Source: an uncultured bacterium (GTDB lineage: Bacteria > Caldisericota > Caldisericia > B22-G15). From it: 39,185 bases of DNA. Both the position numbers and the translations under genes were made by a program. The stretch covers positions 1-39,185 of the forward strand of contig CBFDTJ010000005.1 of assembly GCA_965612865.1 (NCBI GenBank), given 5' to 3'. Below the pieces are notes generated by a model. The model searched no databases. It saw only the letters and a list, made by a program, of their open reading frames with translations, and was not told the origin of the DNA. Positions within the stretch are counted from its first letter, which is position 1, and the number at the start of each line of letters is the position of its first letter. Positions 1 to 9,733 of the stretch are shown here, piece by piece.

Positions 1-870
1 GGCAAAATAATAGGATAGACCATCCTCCCACCATCCAGCATGGCCTGGAACAGTCATTGTCTCTATATCTTCATCTTTTATGCTCTTAAGCAAGATTCCC
101 AATTTTATAACCTGCCAGGGTTTTAGATTCGTTTGAACCCAGTTTTTCATCTCAAGAAGAATCTTCTGCATTCTTATGGTGTTTTTGATAGATAAGGCTT
201 CTTTGGCAAGCTCTTTCAAGAACTTCTGCTGTCTCTTCATTCTACCAATGTCTCCTGTTTCATCAGCTCTAAACCTTACATACTCCAGAGCTTTCTCTCC
301 ATTTAGATGTTGAAGACCTTTCTTTAAGTGAATATGCACATCTCCAAGGTAAGAATCATAATCCATGTCCTTTTCAACCTCAATTGTTATTCCCCCAAGC
401 ATATCAATCATCTTTTTAAAACCATCGAAGTTTATCTTCACATAGTATGGCACATCTATACCAAGTTCCTGTTCAACAGTTTCTATAAGAAGCGGCACAC
501 CTCCATAGGCATGTGCATGGGCAAGTTTTTGAACGCCTTCATATCCTGGAAGAACAACCATCATATCTCTTGGCAGAGAGAGTATAAATATTTTCTTATT
601 AACGGGATCTATGGAAACAAGGATGTTTGTATCAGATCTACAGATTTCATCTAAGTATCTTGCATCAATACCTATAAGGAGAATGTTTATCCTCTTGTTC
701 CAATCAATTTCCTGAGACGATACAGTATTATTTTCTTTGTTGTTATTATTTTGCGGCTCCTCGGGATTAAGTGATGATAAAACATAATAAATGTATCCCA
801 TATATAGTCCTATTGAAACTAAGAGCACAATTATAATTGAAACAAGTATCTTCTTCCCTCTTTTACTCAT
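1..870 (-). CDS. LCP (LytR-CpsA-Psr) family protein, runs off the left edge
   Basis: Not in the ORF track; translated by hand from ATG 870 (SD GGAGGT at 881-886). It shows an N-terminal TM helix and LCP motifs INILLIGID, RSDTNILVSID, LSLPRD, LNGEKALEYVRFR and DIGRMKRQQ. Its start overlaps the murJ stop. Confidence 0.92.
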   Translation of the reverse strand, partial: MSKRGKKILVSIIIVLLVSIGLYMGYIYYVLSSLNPEEPQNNNNKENNTVSSQEIDWNKRINILLIGIDARYLDEICRSDTNILVSIDPVNKKIFILSLPRDMMVVLPGYEGVQKLAHAHAYGGVPLLIETVEQELGIDVPYYVKINFDGFKKMIDMLGGITIEVEKDMDYDSYLGDVHIHLKKGLQHLNGEKALEYVRFRADETGDIGRMKRQQKFLKELAKEALSIKNTIRMQKILLEMKNWVQTNLKPWQVIKLGILLKSIKDEDIETMTVPGHAGWWEDGLSYYFA

Positions 871-2422
871 TTCTATCTATACCTCCTCTTATATTCTTAA
901 GCTCCTTTTTAAGATCTTTATAGTCCCTTATATATATTAGGACAAAATAAACCAGAAGAGAAATAACTATAGCAGAGAAGACCTGTATAATCTGGCCTTT
1001 CTTTGTAAGTGTAAACCCATTCTTTTCAAAGTAATTTGAAGCGTATAGGGCTAAAGATGACATAATCACTGAATATATTAAAATATATAAAAATCTCTTT
1101 ATAAAATCAAGTATGGAGAGAGTGGTAACCTTTTTCTTTATAAATATATAGAGTAGAACAAATTGCACAATAGCCGCAATGGAAGCAGCCAGAGGTATAC
1201 CTTTAAGTCCAAGAATTCTTGAATTTATAAAGTACAGTGATATTTGAATAAAGATGGTTATAAGACTTATTATCACCGGAGTTGTGGTATCTTTAAATGA
1301 ATAGAAAGCCCTGTTTAAAAGAGCCGTCATCCCCCAGAAGGGAAGTCCTATTGAATAAAAAGAGAGGAGCATGGAAACAGTTTTACTTGAGTTAACTGTA
1401 AACTCCCCCTGTTGAAATAGAAGTCTTATAATGGGAAAAGAAAGCAATATTAACCCTAAAGCAGATGGAAGCATAAGATAAAGTATGAATCTTAAGCCAA
1501 AATTTAAAGTTCTTCCCAGCCTATCTATCTCTTTTCTTGCAACCAATTGAGAGAGGGTTGGATATATAACAAGAGCTATGGCAAGGGCAAACAGACCAAG
1601 TGGTAGCTGGGATACTTTATATGCATAATCCAGAGAGGAAATTGCTCCTTCTCCAAAACTTGAGCCAATGGATTTCTCAAAAATTGGTGTTATGTAGGCA
1701 AAGGTGGAGTTTATTAAGATAGGGATAGATAGCAAACCTATCTTTTTAACATAAGGGTTTTTCAAATTTAATATAAATTTGTATCTCCATCCCTTTTTAA
1801 TAACAAAGGGTAGCTGTATTAAAAGCTGTGCAATGGAACCAAAGAGAGCTCCATAAACGATAGCCATGGGACCAAAAAGGGGAACACCTATAATAAGAAG
1901 TATAACCACCCCAAAATTGTACAGGAATCCGCCTATGGCAGGTATTGTGAAGGACTCATATGTGTTGTGAAGACCTGTAAAGAGAGTGGCTATACCAAGA
2001 ATGAGCATCTGAGGAATAAGTATTTTAAACATGAGGGTGGCCAATTTAAGCATATCTTCTGAAGCATGGGGTGCCATCATGTAAACTACCTGACGGGAGA
2101 AGATGAAAAAGATAACAGATAGGATGAGAAAAATAATGACGATTGTGTTAAAGAGGGTATTGAAGACCTCCCACATCTCATCCTCTTTCTTTTCAACAAG
2201 AAAATCTGTAAAAACAGGTATAAAAACTGCAGAGAGAATCCCTGCCACAAGAAGATGGGAAATGGTAAATGGTATGTATGTAGCAATCTTCATGGCATCA
2301 GAGACAAAGGTCGTTCCAAAAAAGTATGCAATGGTCTCCTCTCTTACAAAGCCAAGAATTCTACTAAGAAGTGTAATTGTAATTATTATGAAACTTATTG
2401 AGACAAGTTTCTTACCTCTCAA
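863..2422 (-). CDS. murJ: Lipid II flippase MurJ/MviN
   Basis: SRILGFVRE, SAVFIPVF and QLPLGLF..A motifs; many TM segments; TTG start with GGAGG SD. Confidence 0.93.
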   Translation of the reverse strand: MRGKKLVSISFIIITITLLSRILGFVREETIAYFFGTTFVSDAMKIATYIPFTISHLLVAGILSAVFIPVFTDFLVEKKEDEMWEVFNTLFNTIVIIFLILSVIFFIFSRQVVYMMAPHASEDMLKLATLMFKILIPQMLILGIATLFTGLHNTYESFTIPAIGGFLYNFGVVILLIIGVPLFGPMAIVYGALFGSIAQLLIQLPFVIKKGWRYKFILNLKNPYVKKIGLLSIPILINSTFAYITPIFEKSIGSSFGEGAISSLDYAYKVSQLPLGLFALAIALVIYPTLSQLVARKEIDRLGRTLNFGLRFILYLMLPSALGLILLSFPIIRLLFQQGEFTVNSSKTVSMLLSFYSIGLPFWGMTALLNRAFYSFKDTTTPVIISLITIFIQISLYFINSRILGLKGIPLAASIAAIVQFVLLYIFIKKKVTTLSILDFIKRFLYILIYSVIMSSLALYASNYFEKNGFTLTKKGQIIQVFSAIVISLLVYFVLIYIRDYKDLKKELKNIRGGIDRNE

Positions 2423-2477
2423 AAACTATTTCCTCCAGATTGAAAAATAAAAGGGCTTTAATCTTCACTGCAAACAA

Positions 2478-2506
2478 ATTTTAAAAAATAAATGTTTCTT
2501 TGTCAA
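2478..2506 (-). promoter_or_regulatory. sigma70-type promoter for murJ-LCP
   Basis: Minus strand TTGACA-N17-TAAAAT, about 50 nt upstream of the murJ start. Confidence 0.7.
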
Positions 2507-3309
2507 TTATAGACACTCCTAAGACCTGTTATAATCTCCTCCAAGATAGGTACATTTTCCTGTGGATTCCCGTAACAAAAAATCACAGCATAATCTATAC
2601 AATCCTCTATTCTTCTAAAACCCTCAACTATATCTTCCTTTCTGTTCTTCCTTAAGACAAGCTGCACCTTCACTTTTATATCTGGATTATACCTCTTAAA
2701 CAATTGGCTCTTTTCCTCTACATTCTCTTCAAAACCTTTCACTCCACGAGAAAGTAAAATATTCTGTCCCTGATATCCTATACTATCAAGCAGGGGAAGT
2801 ATCTCTTTAAGTATGCCATTCTCGTTTAGAGAATCTATGAGGCTAACAACGGGAGCCCATCCCATCTTTTTACCGTGCCTGTGAACAATATTTGAAAACT
2901 TGGCTATAGACTCTAAAATGTTGAGGTTCTCTGAGGAGGGAGTTATTTTTCTCTCTGTATTATAACTAATCCATTCAACGGAGCCGGGAAGTTCATCAAT
3001 GTATTTAATCAAATCCTCAAGTGATGAAAAAACCACTGCTTTTTTTATACGAGAATCGTCTATAGCTTTGAGTTTATTTATTCTAAATAAGAATTTACTC
3101 TCATCAAGGGGCTCTGAGGCATTTGCTCTAACCAAAGTAACATACACCACATCTCCATAAGTAAGCTTATCCTTCAGATAATCATAATATAAAGCATCAA
3201 TTATAAGATTTGGTTTAAATTTAACAGGAACAACTGGAATACAATCAGTTATAAAAACAAGCAAGATTAGAATAAACAATAAAATAATTCTCTTTGACTC
3301 TATCTTCAT
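2503..3309 (-). CDS. Hypothetical exported protein (possible lipoprotein)
   Basis: 268-aa ORF with a basic N-terminus, hydrophobic helix and then Cys (FITDC); no family recognised. Confidence 0.65.
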   Translation of the reverse strand: MKIESKRIILLFILILLVFITDCIPVVPVKFKPNLIIDALYYDYLKDKLTYGDVVYVTLVRANASEPLDESKFLFRINKLKAIDDSRIKKAVVFSSLEDLIKYIDELPGSVEWISYNTERKITPSSENLNILESIAKFSNIVHRHGKKMGWAPVVSLIDSLNENGILKEILPLLDSIGYQGQNILLSRGVKGFEENVEEKSQLFKRYNPDIKVKVQLVLRKNRKEDIVEGFRRIEDCIDYAVIFCYGNPQENVPILEEIITGLRSVYN

Positions 3310-3349
3310 GGTTGCATCATTTTAATTATATAAAACCAGTGGGTAATGA

Positions 3350-4945
3350 TTGAATGAAAGTATGGGAAAGAGACTTCTTGAATTAGTAAAAAATAAAGAT
3401 TATCCATATACCTGTGCCATCGTAAACAACCAGAGAATGGGATTTCTTGATGAGGTGGAGGAAATCTCGTCCATAGAGCTATTAAGTATTAAAGACAGGG
3501 AGGGAAGAAGGACATATGAAAGAACTCTTGCTTTTTTAGTCTCCTTCTCTGTAAGAAAACTGTTTCCAAATCTAAATGTTTCTATAAAACATTCCTATGG
3601 AGATGCTCTATACGGTGAGATCGAGGAAGAGGAAATAGACGAGGGAACGGTATCTAAGATAAAGAACTTCCTGTTAGAAGTCATTAAAGCGGATAAATCT
3701 ATTGAAAAAATTGAACTTACAAAGGAAGAAGCCATAAGAAGGCTCGTAAGAGAAAAAAGATTCGATGATATAAGACTTCTCAAGTATCTTTCAAGAGAGG
3801 TCATTCCTCTATATTCCATAGATGGATACGCAGCTTACTTTGCTGGTCCCCTTCTTCCAAGAACAGGCATGCTAAAGGTCTTTGATCTTGTTTCTTACCC
3901 TCCTGGTTTTCTTATTCTCCTTCCAGAGAGAGAAAATCCCTTCAAGATTTCAGAAGTTGTTGATAGAAGAAAGCTCTTTGATACTTTTCAGGAATCAAAA
4001 AGATGGATTAAAGCCCTTGAAATTATGTATGTGGGAGATTTGAATGAAACAATTGTAAAAGGGGAAGCTTCAAGATTGATTAAAGTTCAGGAAGCCCTGC
4101 ACGAGAAAAAGATCTCAGATATAGCTGATAGAATAAAGGAGAGGAAAGCAAAGGTAATACTAATTGCAGGACCGAGTTCATCAGGAAAAACCACTTTTGC
4201 AAAGAAACTTGAGATACATTTAAGAGTGAATGAACTTAAGCCTCTTCTTATATCTACAGATAACTATTTTGTTGATAGAGAAAAAACTCCCATTGGTGAG
4301 GATGGTAAACCTGACTACGAAACCATCGAGGCCTTAAATTATAGACTTCTTCAGGATCACATAGAGAAACTTCTATCCAAAGAGGAGGTAGTGCTTCCAA
4401 GATACAACTTCTTAACAGGAAAAAGTGAGAAATGGAAAAAAGTTCATCTTCCAGATAATGGAATCCTTATGATAGAAGGAATTCATGGATTAAATCCCAA
4501 ACTAACCGATAGAATCCCGGAAGAGAAAAAATTTAAAATATATGTAAGTGCTCTGACACAACTAAACATAGATAGAATCAACAGGATACCAACAAGAGAT
4601 ACGAGACTTATAAGAAGAATAGTAAGGGACACACATTTCAGAGGAATACCTGCCATTGAAACAATAAAGAGGTGGCAGGGTGTTATAAGAGGTGAAGAAA
4701 AGTATATTTTTCCCTATCAGGAGAATGCAGATGTAATGTTTAACTCTGCACTTGTTTATGAACTTTCCATTCTTAGAACCTATGCCGAGATCTCATTACG
4801 AACCATAAGCTACAACAAAAGGGAGTATAGTGAAGCTTTGAGATTACTTATCTTTTTGTACCACTTTGCTCCATTAACATCTGATGAGGTTCCGCCTACC
4901 TCAATATTAAGAGAGTTCATAGGTGGAAGTGCCTTTAAGTATTAA
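3350..4945 (+). CDS. Uridine/nucleoside kinase with N-terminal ThrRS/AlaRS-editing-like domain
   Basis: P-loop AGPSSSGKTT, STDNYF, IEGIHGLNP and RLIRRIVRD; N-terminal YERTL..L motif like the ThrRS N-domain. Start may be TTG 3350 or ATG 3362. Confidence 0.85.
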   Translation: MNESMGKRLLELVKNKDYPYTCAIVNNQRMGFLDEVEEISSIELLSIKDREGRRTYERTLAFLVSFSVRKLFPNLNVSIKHSYGDALYGEIEEEEIDEGTVSKIKNFLLEVIKADKSIEKIELTKEEAIRRLVREKRFDDIRLLKYLSREVIPLYSIDGYAAYFAGPLLPRTGMLKVFDLVSYPPGFLILLPERENPFKISEVVDRRKLFDTFQESKRWIKALEIMYVGDLNETIVKGEASRLIKVQEALHEKKISDIADRIKERKAKVILIAGPSSSGKTTFAKKLEIHLRVNELKPLLISTDNYFVDREKTPIGEDGKPDYETIEALNYRLLQDHIEKLLSKEEVVLPRYNFLTGKSEKWKKVHLPDNGILMIEGIHGLNPKLTDRIPEEKKFKIYVSALTQLNIDRINRIPTRDTRLIRRIVRDTHFRGIPAIETIKRWQGVIRGEEKYIFPYQENADVMFNSALVYELSILRTYAEISLRTISYNKREYSEALRLLIFLYHFAPLTSDEVPPTSILREFIGGSAFKY

Positions 4946-4956
4946 TAAGTATGTGA

Positions 4957-6573
4957 TTAGCTCTTAATCCCCCTTTTTCTGTGTAAAAGCTCAAAATAGG
5001 CTTTTGCAAATCTGTGGGCTTCGTCCCTTATTCTCTGAAAAAGATGTAGAACTCTTGAGTCCTTTGGAAGAATCAAAGGCTTACTAAAATCTTCAAAGAA
5101 TAGTATCTCCTCCTTTTTGGCAATGGATATAAATTTGTAAGGGAGTTTAAGAGCTTTTTTAACCTTCAATGCCACAGAGAGCTGTCCTTTGCCCCCATCA
5201 ATAAGTATTAAATCTGGCTCCCATGGAAATCTCTCATCCTTTATGTGAAGGAACCTTCTTTTTAAAACCTCCATCATCATGGCGTAATCATCCGGGCCCT
5301 TTGTAAATTTTATTTTAAATCTTCTGTAGTATTCCTTCTTTTCCTTTCCCATATGAAAAACTACCAAAGACCCTACGGCATCCACCCCGCTAATGTTTGA
5401 TATATCATACCCCTCAATATACTCTGGAATTCTTTTGAGCCCAAGTAACTCTTTAACCTTGATAAGCGTCTCTTTTCTCGTAGGAATGAATGTTTCCTTC
5501 CAGTGCTCCTCTGCATTCTCTTCTGCAAGGGAAAGCACTTCCCTCTTAAAGCCTCTTTTTGGTAGTCTGATTTTTACATTATGGCCAAACTTCACTTTTA
5601 AAAACATTTCTAATTCATCTTTTTCCCTTATTCTTACATTTGTGATAATTTCGTAAGGAGCATCCACCCTCTTTGAATAAATCTGGGATATGAATGATGA
5701 GACTATCTCTCCTCTGTCTTTACTATCAGTAATCTCAAAGGACTTTTCAAAGGTGAGTCTCCCCTCTCTCACCTCCATATACTCAATTAATGGTTTCTCA
5801 TCTTTTACAAAAAGGAAAACCACATCAAAGGAGATATTCTTGTTTAAGAGTACCCTCTGTTTATAAAACACCTTCTCAATGGATTCTATTCTATCTCTTA
5901 AAATGGCAGCTTTCTCAAACTCTAATTTCTTGACTGCCATTTCCATCTCCCTTTTAAGAGAATTCTTAAGTTTTCCCACTCTTCCCTGAATAAAATAGAT
6001 GAAATCCTTCACGATTTTCTGGTAATCCTCTCTGTCAATCTTATCAATACATGGTCCACTGCATTCTCCAACATCATAATATATGCACTTTTTCTTCGGC
6101 AGCTTTCCCTTGCATCTTCTGAGTGGAAAAAGTTTTCTTGAGATACTTAAAACTCTTCTTAAGGCTTTAACATTTGTGTATGGACCGAAATAAAGTGAGC
6201 CATCATCTTTAAGCTTCCTTGTAACAATGACGTATGGAAATTCATCCTTAACAATTTTCAAATAAGGATACGATTTATCGTCTTTGAGTCTTACATTGAA
6301 TCTTGGTTTATACTTTTTAATTAAATTTGCCTCAAGTAGAAGAGCTTCAGACGGTGATGAGGTGACAATAAATTCAAAATCGTGGATGCTTTTTCTTAAA
6401 AGCCTATCCTTTGGAAAGACAACACCACTTTCTGATGTGTAACTCCTCATACGCTCTCTAAGAGAGGTGGCCTTTCCAACATATATTACCTCTCTAACTT
6501 CGTTGTAAAATATGTAAACTCCTGGTTTATCCGGGACTTTCTTAAGTTTTTCCCTCCAGTCAAAATTCTCCAC
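4957..6573 (-). CDS. uvrC: Excinuclease ABC subunit C
   Basis: GIY-YIG domain (PGVYIF..IYVGKA), UVR domain (LEFEKAAILRD) and RNase H-like domain (EGYDISN, PDLILIDGGKGQL, RIRDEAHRFA). Ends without the usual HhH tail. Confidence 0.95.
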   Translation of the reverse strand: MENFDWREKLKKVPDKPGVYIFYNEVREVIYVGKATSLRERMRSYTSESGVVFPKDRLLRKSIHDFEFIVTSSPSEALLLEANLIKKYKPRFNVRLKDDKSYPYLKIVKDEFPYVIVTRKLKDDGSLYFGPYTNVKALRRVLSISRKLFPLRRCKGKLPKKKCIYYDVGECSGPCIDKIDREDYQKIVKDFIYFIQGRVGKLKNSLKREMEMAVKKLEFEKAAILRDRIESIEKVFYKQRVLLNKNISFDVVFLFVKDEKPLIEYMEVREGRLTFEKSFEITDSKDRGEIVSSFISQIYSKRVDAPYEIITNVRIREKDELEMFLKVKFGHNVKIRLPKRGFKREVLSLAEENAEEHWKETFIPTRKETLIKVKELLGLKRIPEYIEGYDISNISGVDAVGSLVVFHMGKEKKEYYRRFKIKFTKGPDDYAMMMEVLKRRFLHIKDERFPWEPDLILIDGGKGQLSVALKVKKALKLPYKFISIAKKEEILFFEDFSKPLILPKDSRVLHLFQRIRDEAHRFAKAYFELLHRKRGIKS

Positions 6574-6620
6574 AGATTAATTTTATCACCATGGCAACTC
6601 TCTATGGTATTATTCACTTG

Positions 6621-7538
6621 ATGAGAACTCCTTTAATTGTGATAACAGGACCCACTGCTGTTGGTAAAACTGAGATTTCAATACTTGTTGCAAAAGAAAT
6701 TTCTGGAGAGATTATCTCCTTTGACGCATTTCAGGTCTATAGATTCATGAATATAGGCACAAATAAAATTAAAAAGGAAGAGATGCGGGGAATTCCACAT
6801 CATATGATAGATGTTGTAAACCCTAACGAAGAGTTTTCTTCAGGTAGGTTTAAAGAAATGGCAGAAAAGATTATAGATTCTATTTATAAAGGGGGTAAAA
6901 TTCCTGTACTTGTTGGAGGTACAGGGCTCTATTTAAGAACTCTTCTCTCCTTTGAACCACCTGGTAGTAAAAAAGAGGTAAGAAAAAAAATTGAGGAAGA
7001 GGTAGAAAAATTAGGTCTAAACACCCTCTACGAGAAATTAAAAAGGGTCGATCCAGTTTTTGCAGGGAAAGTTTCCCCGAAGGATAGAAAGAGGATAATC
7101 AGAGGACTTGAAGTTTATGAAATTTATAAAAAACCTATATCTTCTTTTTTTGGAGAAGAGGAAAGGTATGATGCTTTAAAGTTTATACTTTTAATGGACA
7201 GAAAGAAACTTTACAAAAGAATAGAGGATAGAGTGGATAGGATGTTTGATATGGGTTTTGTGGATGAAGTTAAGAGAATAAAGGAATATTGGGGCTTCTC
7301 AAAAACATCAAAAAAGGCAATAGGATATGAGGAGATACTTCTCTACCTTTCAGGAGAAATTTCCCTTGAGGAGTGTAAAAGAAGGATAAAGAAGAGAACA
7401 AAGGAGTATGCAAGAAGACAGATCATCTGGCTAAGGAAAGAGAAAGGCGCAATTATAATAGATGTAACAGATAAAAACCCTTATGAACTAGCTGAGGAAG
7501 TTTTAAAGAAGGTGAAAGAGAAATGGAAGAATTTGTAG
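6621..7538 (+). CDS. miaA: tRNA dimethylallyltransferase
   Basis: ITGPTAVGKT, DAFQVYRFMNIGTNK, VGGTGLY and YARRQIIW. Start moved to ATG 6621, directly after an extended -10. Confidence 0.95.
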   Translation: MRTPLIVITGPTAVGKTEISILVAKEISGEIISFDAFQVYRFMNIGTNKIKKEEMRGIPHHMIDVVNPNEEFSSGRFKEMAEKIIDSIYKGGKIPVLVGGTGLYLRTLLSFEPPGSKKEVRKKIEEEVEKLGLNTLYEKLKRVDPVFAGKVSPKDRKRIIRGLEVYEIYKKPISSFFGEEERYDALKFILLMDRKKLYKRIEDRVDRMFDMGFVDEVKRIKEYWGFSKTSKKAIGYEEILLYLSGEISLEECKRRIKKRTKEYARRQIIWLRKEKGAIIIDVTDKNPYELAEEVLKKVKEKWKNL

Positions 7539-8725
7539 AAAAAAAAGAAGAACAAATAAAAGAGGTTTTTGAGAGAATAGAGAAAATAAGATTTAAGAAT
7601 TTTAAGAGGGTGATTGAGGCCTTTAGACTGTATAAAGTGAGAGAAACGGATTTCTCAGACTCCACAGGATATGGATTTTACGATACAGGAAGAGACAAAC
7701 TCGAAAAGATTTTTTCCCATGTTTTTGGAACAGAGGACAGTCTTGTAAGAAGTCAAATTGCTTCAGGAAGTCATGCAATATCCATAGCACTGTTCGGCAT
7801 CTTAAAAAAGGGAGATGAGATACTCTCAATAACAGGAAGACCTTATGACACTATAGAGAGAACCATTGGACTTAAGCCCTCTCCTCTTTCGTTAAAGGAT
7901 TTTGGGGTATCCTACAGAGAGGTAAACATATTCGAGGAAGAGGTGGATTTTAAAAAAGTTTTAAGAGATGAGACGAGGGTTGTCTTCATTCAGAAATCTA
8001 TGGGATACACTAAAGGAAGAAGATCTCTTTTAAATAGAGAGATTGGTGAACTCGTAAGAAATATTAAGGGTGTAAAGAGGGACTGTATTATCTTTGTAGA
8101 TAACTGCTATGGAGAGTTTGTGGAGGATAGCGAACCAACACATTTTGGCGTTGATATTGTTGCGGGATCCCTCACTAAAAATCCTGGCGGAGGCATTGCC
8201 CCCTCTGGAGGTTATATAGCTGGAAGAAAGGACTTAATAGAAAGGTGTGCTTCTCTTCTTGCATCTCCTGGAATAGGAAAGGAGGGGGGAGCTCAAATTT
8301 CCTTTAAAAGATACGCCTTTCTCGGATTATTTCTCTCCCCTCACATAGTTGGAGAGACTCTAAAGGGTATAACTCTTGCCTCAAAAGTACTTGAAGATAT
8401 GGGCTTTAGAGTGTTTCCAGGGTGGAATGAAGAGAGGGGGGATATAATTCTTGGAATTGAGTTTGGGGACAGAGAGAAACTTATAAAATTTGCACAGCTT
8501 GTTCAAAACTACTCACCAATAGATTCTGATGCCATACTTGAACCCATGACGGAAGACTTCTTTAATGAAGATGTTATAATGGCAGCAGGAACCTTCTCTC
8601 AGGGCTCGTCTATAGAGTTCTCCTTCGATGCGCCACTCTCCCCTCCATACATCGGATACTTGCAGGGTGGACTTACCTACGAACACATCAAATATGCACT
8701 TATAAATATACTCAAAGAGCTTTAA
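7523..8725 (+). CDS. Methionine gamma-lyase family / aluminium-resistance (YnbB-like) PLP enzyme
   Basis: STGYG..D.GR, FVDNCYGEFVE, AGSLTKNPGGG, VIMAAGTFSQGSSIE and QGGLTYEH motifs. Confidence 0.88.
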   Translation: MEEFVEKKEEQIKEVFERIEKIRFKNFKRVIEAFRLYKVRETDFSDSTGYGFYDTGRDKLEKIFSHVFGTEDSLVRSQIASGSHAISIALFGILKKGDEILSITGRPYDTIERTIGLKPSPLSLKDFGVSYREVNIFEEEVDFKKVLRDETRVVFIQKSMGYTKGRRSLLNREIGELVRNIKGVKRDCIIFVDNCYGEFVEDSEPTHFGVDIVAGSLTKNPGGGIAPSGGYIAGRKDLIERCASLLASPGIGKEGGAQISFKRYAFLGLFLSPHIVGETLKGITLASKVLEDMGFRVFPGWNEERGDIILGIEFGDREKLIKFAQLVQNYSPIDSDAILEPMTEDFFNEDVIMAAGTFSQGSSIEFSFDAPLSPPYIGYLQGGLTYEHIKYALINILKEL

Positions 8726-9321
8726 GAGGAAGCAATTATCTTTTTCATGGAATCAAACACATCGCTTCCCCATTTTCTTACATATTTTAATATTTCATTT
8801 GCCTCTTTAAAGGTTTTCTCTCTATACTTTTCATCTTTTATATACTTCAAATTTATAAGAACATTAAGGTATGCAGACATAACTCCGGCTTTAAGAGTTA
8901 CAGCAGATACACCCACATCGGATATAGCATTTTTATTACCATCCTTTAACAAAATTTCAACAAAAGGAATAATCTCTTTCGCTTTCTTCATTGCTTCAAG
9001 TGGAACATCAGTTGCTTCCTTCAGTGCTTTCTGAATAGCCTCCTTTCTTTTCTTCTTTTCCTCTTCAGTTTTCTTTGGAAGGGAATAAGCTTTCATTACC
9101 TTGTTGAAAGCCTCTTCATCCATCTGTGCGAGTTTTAAAAACCTTTCTGAAAGCTTCTTTAATTCAGGCATGTACCTCTCAAGGCTTGGAGTTAGTCCAC
9201 AGACCATTTCTGACAGAGAAGAGGAAAGAGAGAGCAGGAAACAAGAAACACTACCTCCCCCTGGAGTGGGTGACGAGGAGGATAACTCCTCAATATATTC
9301 CCCTATTGTCTTTTCTTTCAT
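8722..9321 (-). CDS. Cyclodeaminase/cyclohydrolase (FTCD C-terminal family)
   Basis: LSSSSPTPGGGS, D.EAF..VM.AY.LPK, GNKNAISDVGV and NVLINL motifs. Confidence 0.9.
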   Translation of the reverse strand: MKEKTIGEYIEELSSSSPTPGGGSVSCFLLSLSSSLSEMVCGLTPSLERYMPELKKLSERFLKLAQMDEEAFNKVMKAYSLPKKTEEEKKKRKEAIQKALKEATDVPLEAMKKAKEIIPFVEILLKDGNKNAISDVGVSAVTLKAGVMSAYLNVLINLKYIKDEKYREKTFKEANEILKYVRKWGSDVFDSMKKIIASS

Positions 9322-9405
9322 CTCTTCCTCCTCAAAATGTTATTTTTTAAATCTATTATAACAAATATGATAAAATGTATTAGAGAATATTTTAGGAGGT
9401 GAGAC

Positions 9406-9603
9406 ATGCCTGGACCAATTATTGACCATGAGAAATGCACAGGTGATGAAGAGTGTGTAAATGTCTGTCCTGTAGATCCCAATGTATTCGAGATGAGAGG
9501 TGAAGGAGACGAGAGAAAGGCTTATGTAGTTCATCCAGAGGCATGCATTGAGTGCGGACTCTGCGTAGATGCATGTCCAACTGGTGCAATAACGTTGGAG
9601 TAA
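9406..9603 (+). CDS. Dicluster-type ferredoxin (first motif CxxDxxCxxxCP)
   Basis: CTGDEECVNVCP and CIECGLCVDACP; strong SD AGGAGGTG; extended -10 TGATAAAAT upstream. Confidence 0.92.
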   Translation: MPGPIIDHEKCTGDEECVNVCPVDPNVFEMRGEGDERKAYVVHPEACIECGLCVDACPTGAITLE

Positions 9604-9607
9604 TCAA

Positions 9608-9630
9608 TTAGGAGGGAAAAACCCTCCTAA
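9608..9630 (+). other. 9-bp stem-loop between ferredoxin and tRNA
   Basis: TTAGGAGGG-AAAAA-CCCTCCTAA with no U-tract; more likely a 3' protective or processing hairpin than a terminator. Confidence 0.55.
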
Positions 9631-9635
9631 AGGAA

Positions 9636-9728
9636 GGATGGGTGGCCGAGTGGTTGAAGGCACCGCACTTGAAATGCGGTAGGTGGGTAAATCCTGCCTC
9701 GCGGGTTCGAATCCCGCCCCATCCGCCA
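9636..9728 (+). tRNA. tRNA-Ser (anticodon TGA)
   Basis: Acceptor GGATGGG/CCCATCC, discriminator G, encoded CCA; anticodon arm CCGCA-CT-TGA-AA-TGCGG; long variable arm; T-loop GGTTCGAATCC. Confidence 0.96.
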
Positions 9729-9733
9729 GAAAA

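Noticed and set aside
328..654. 108-aa plus-strand ORF
   Set aside because: Antisense to the well-supported LCP gene.
9636..9728. tRNA-Sec (TGA in the anticodon loop, long variable arm)
   Set aside because: Anticodon UGA reads UCA (Ser); tRNA-Sec has anticodon UCA and an 8-bp acceptor stem, while this one has 7 bp.
9683..9733. ORF-track N-terminal extension of moaA
   Set aside because: It lies inside the tRNA gene; MoaA similarity begins at MKDRFGR (9734).
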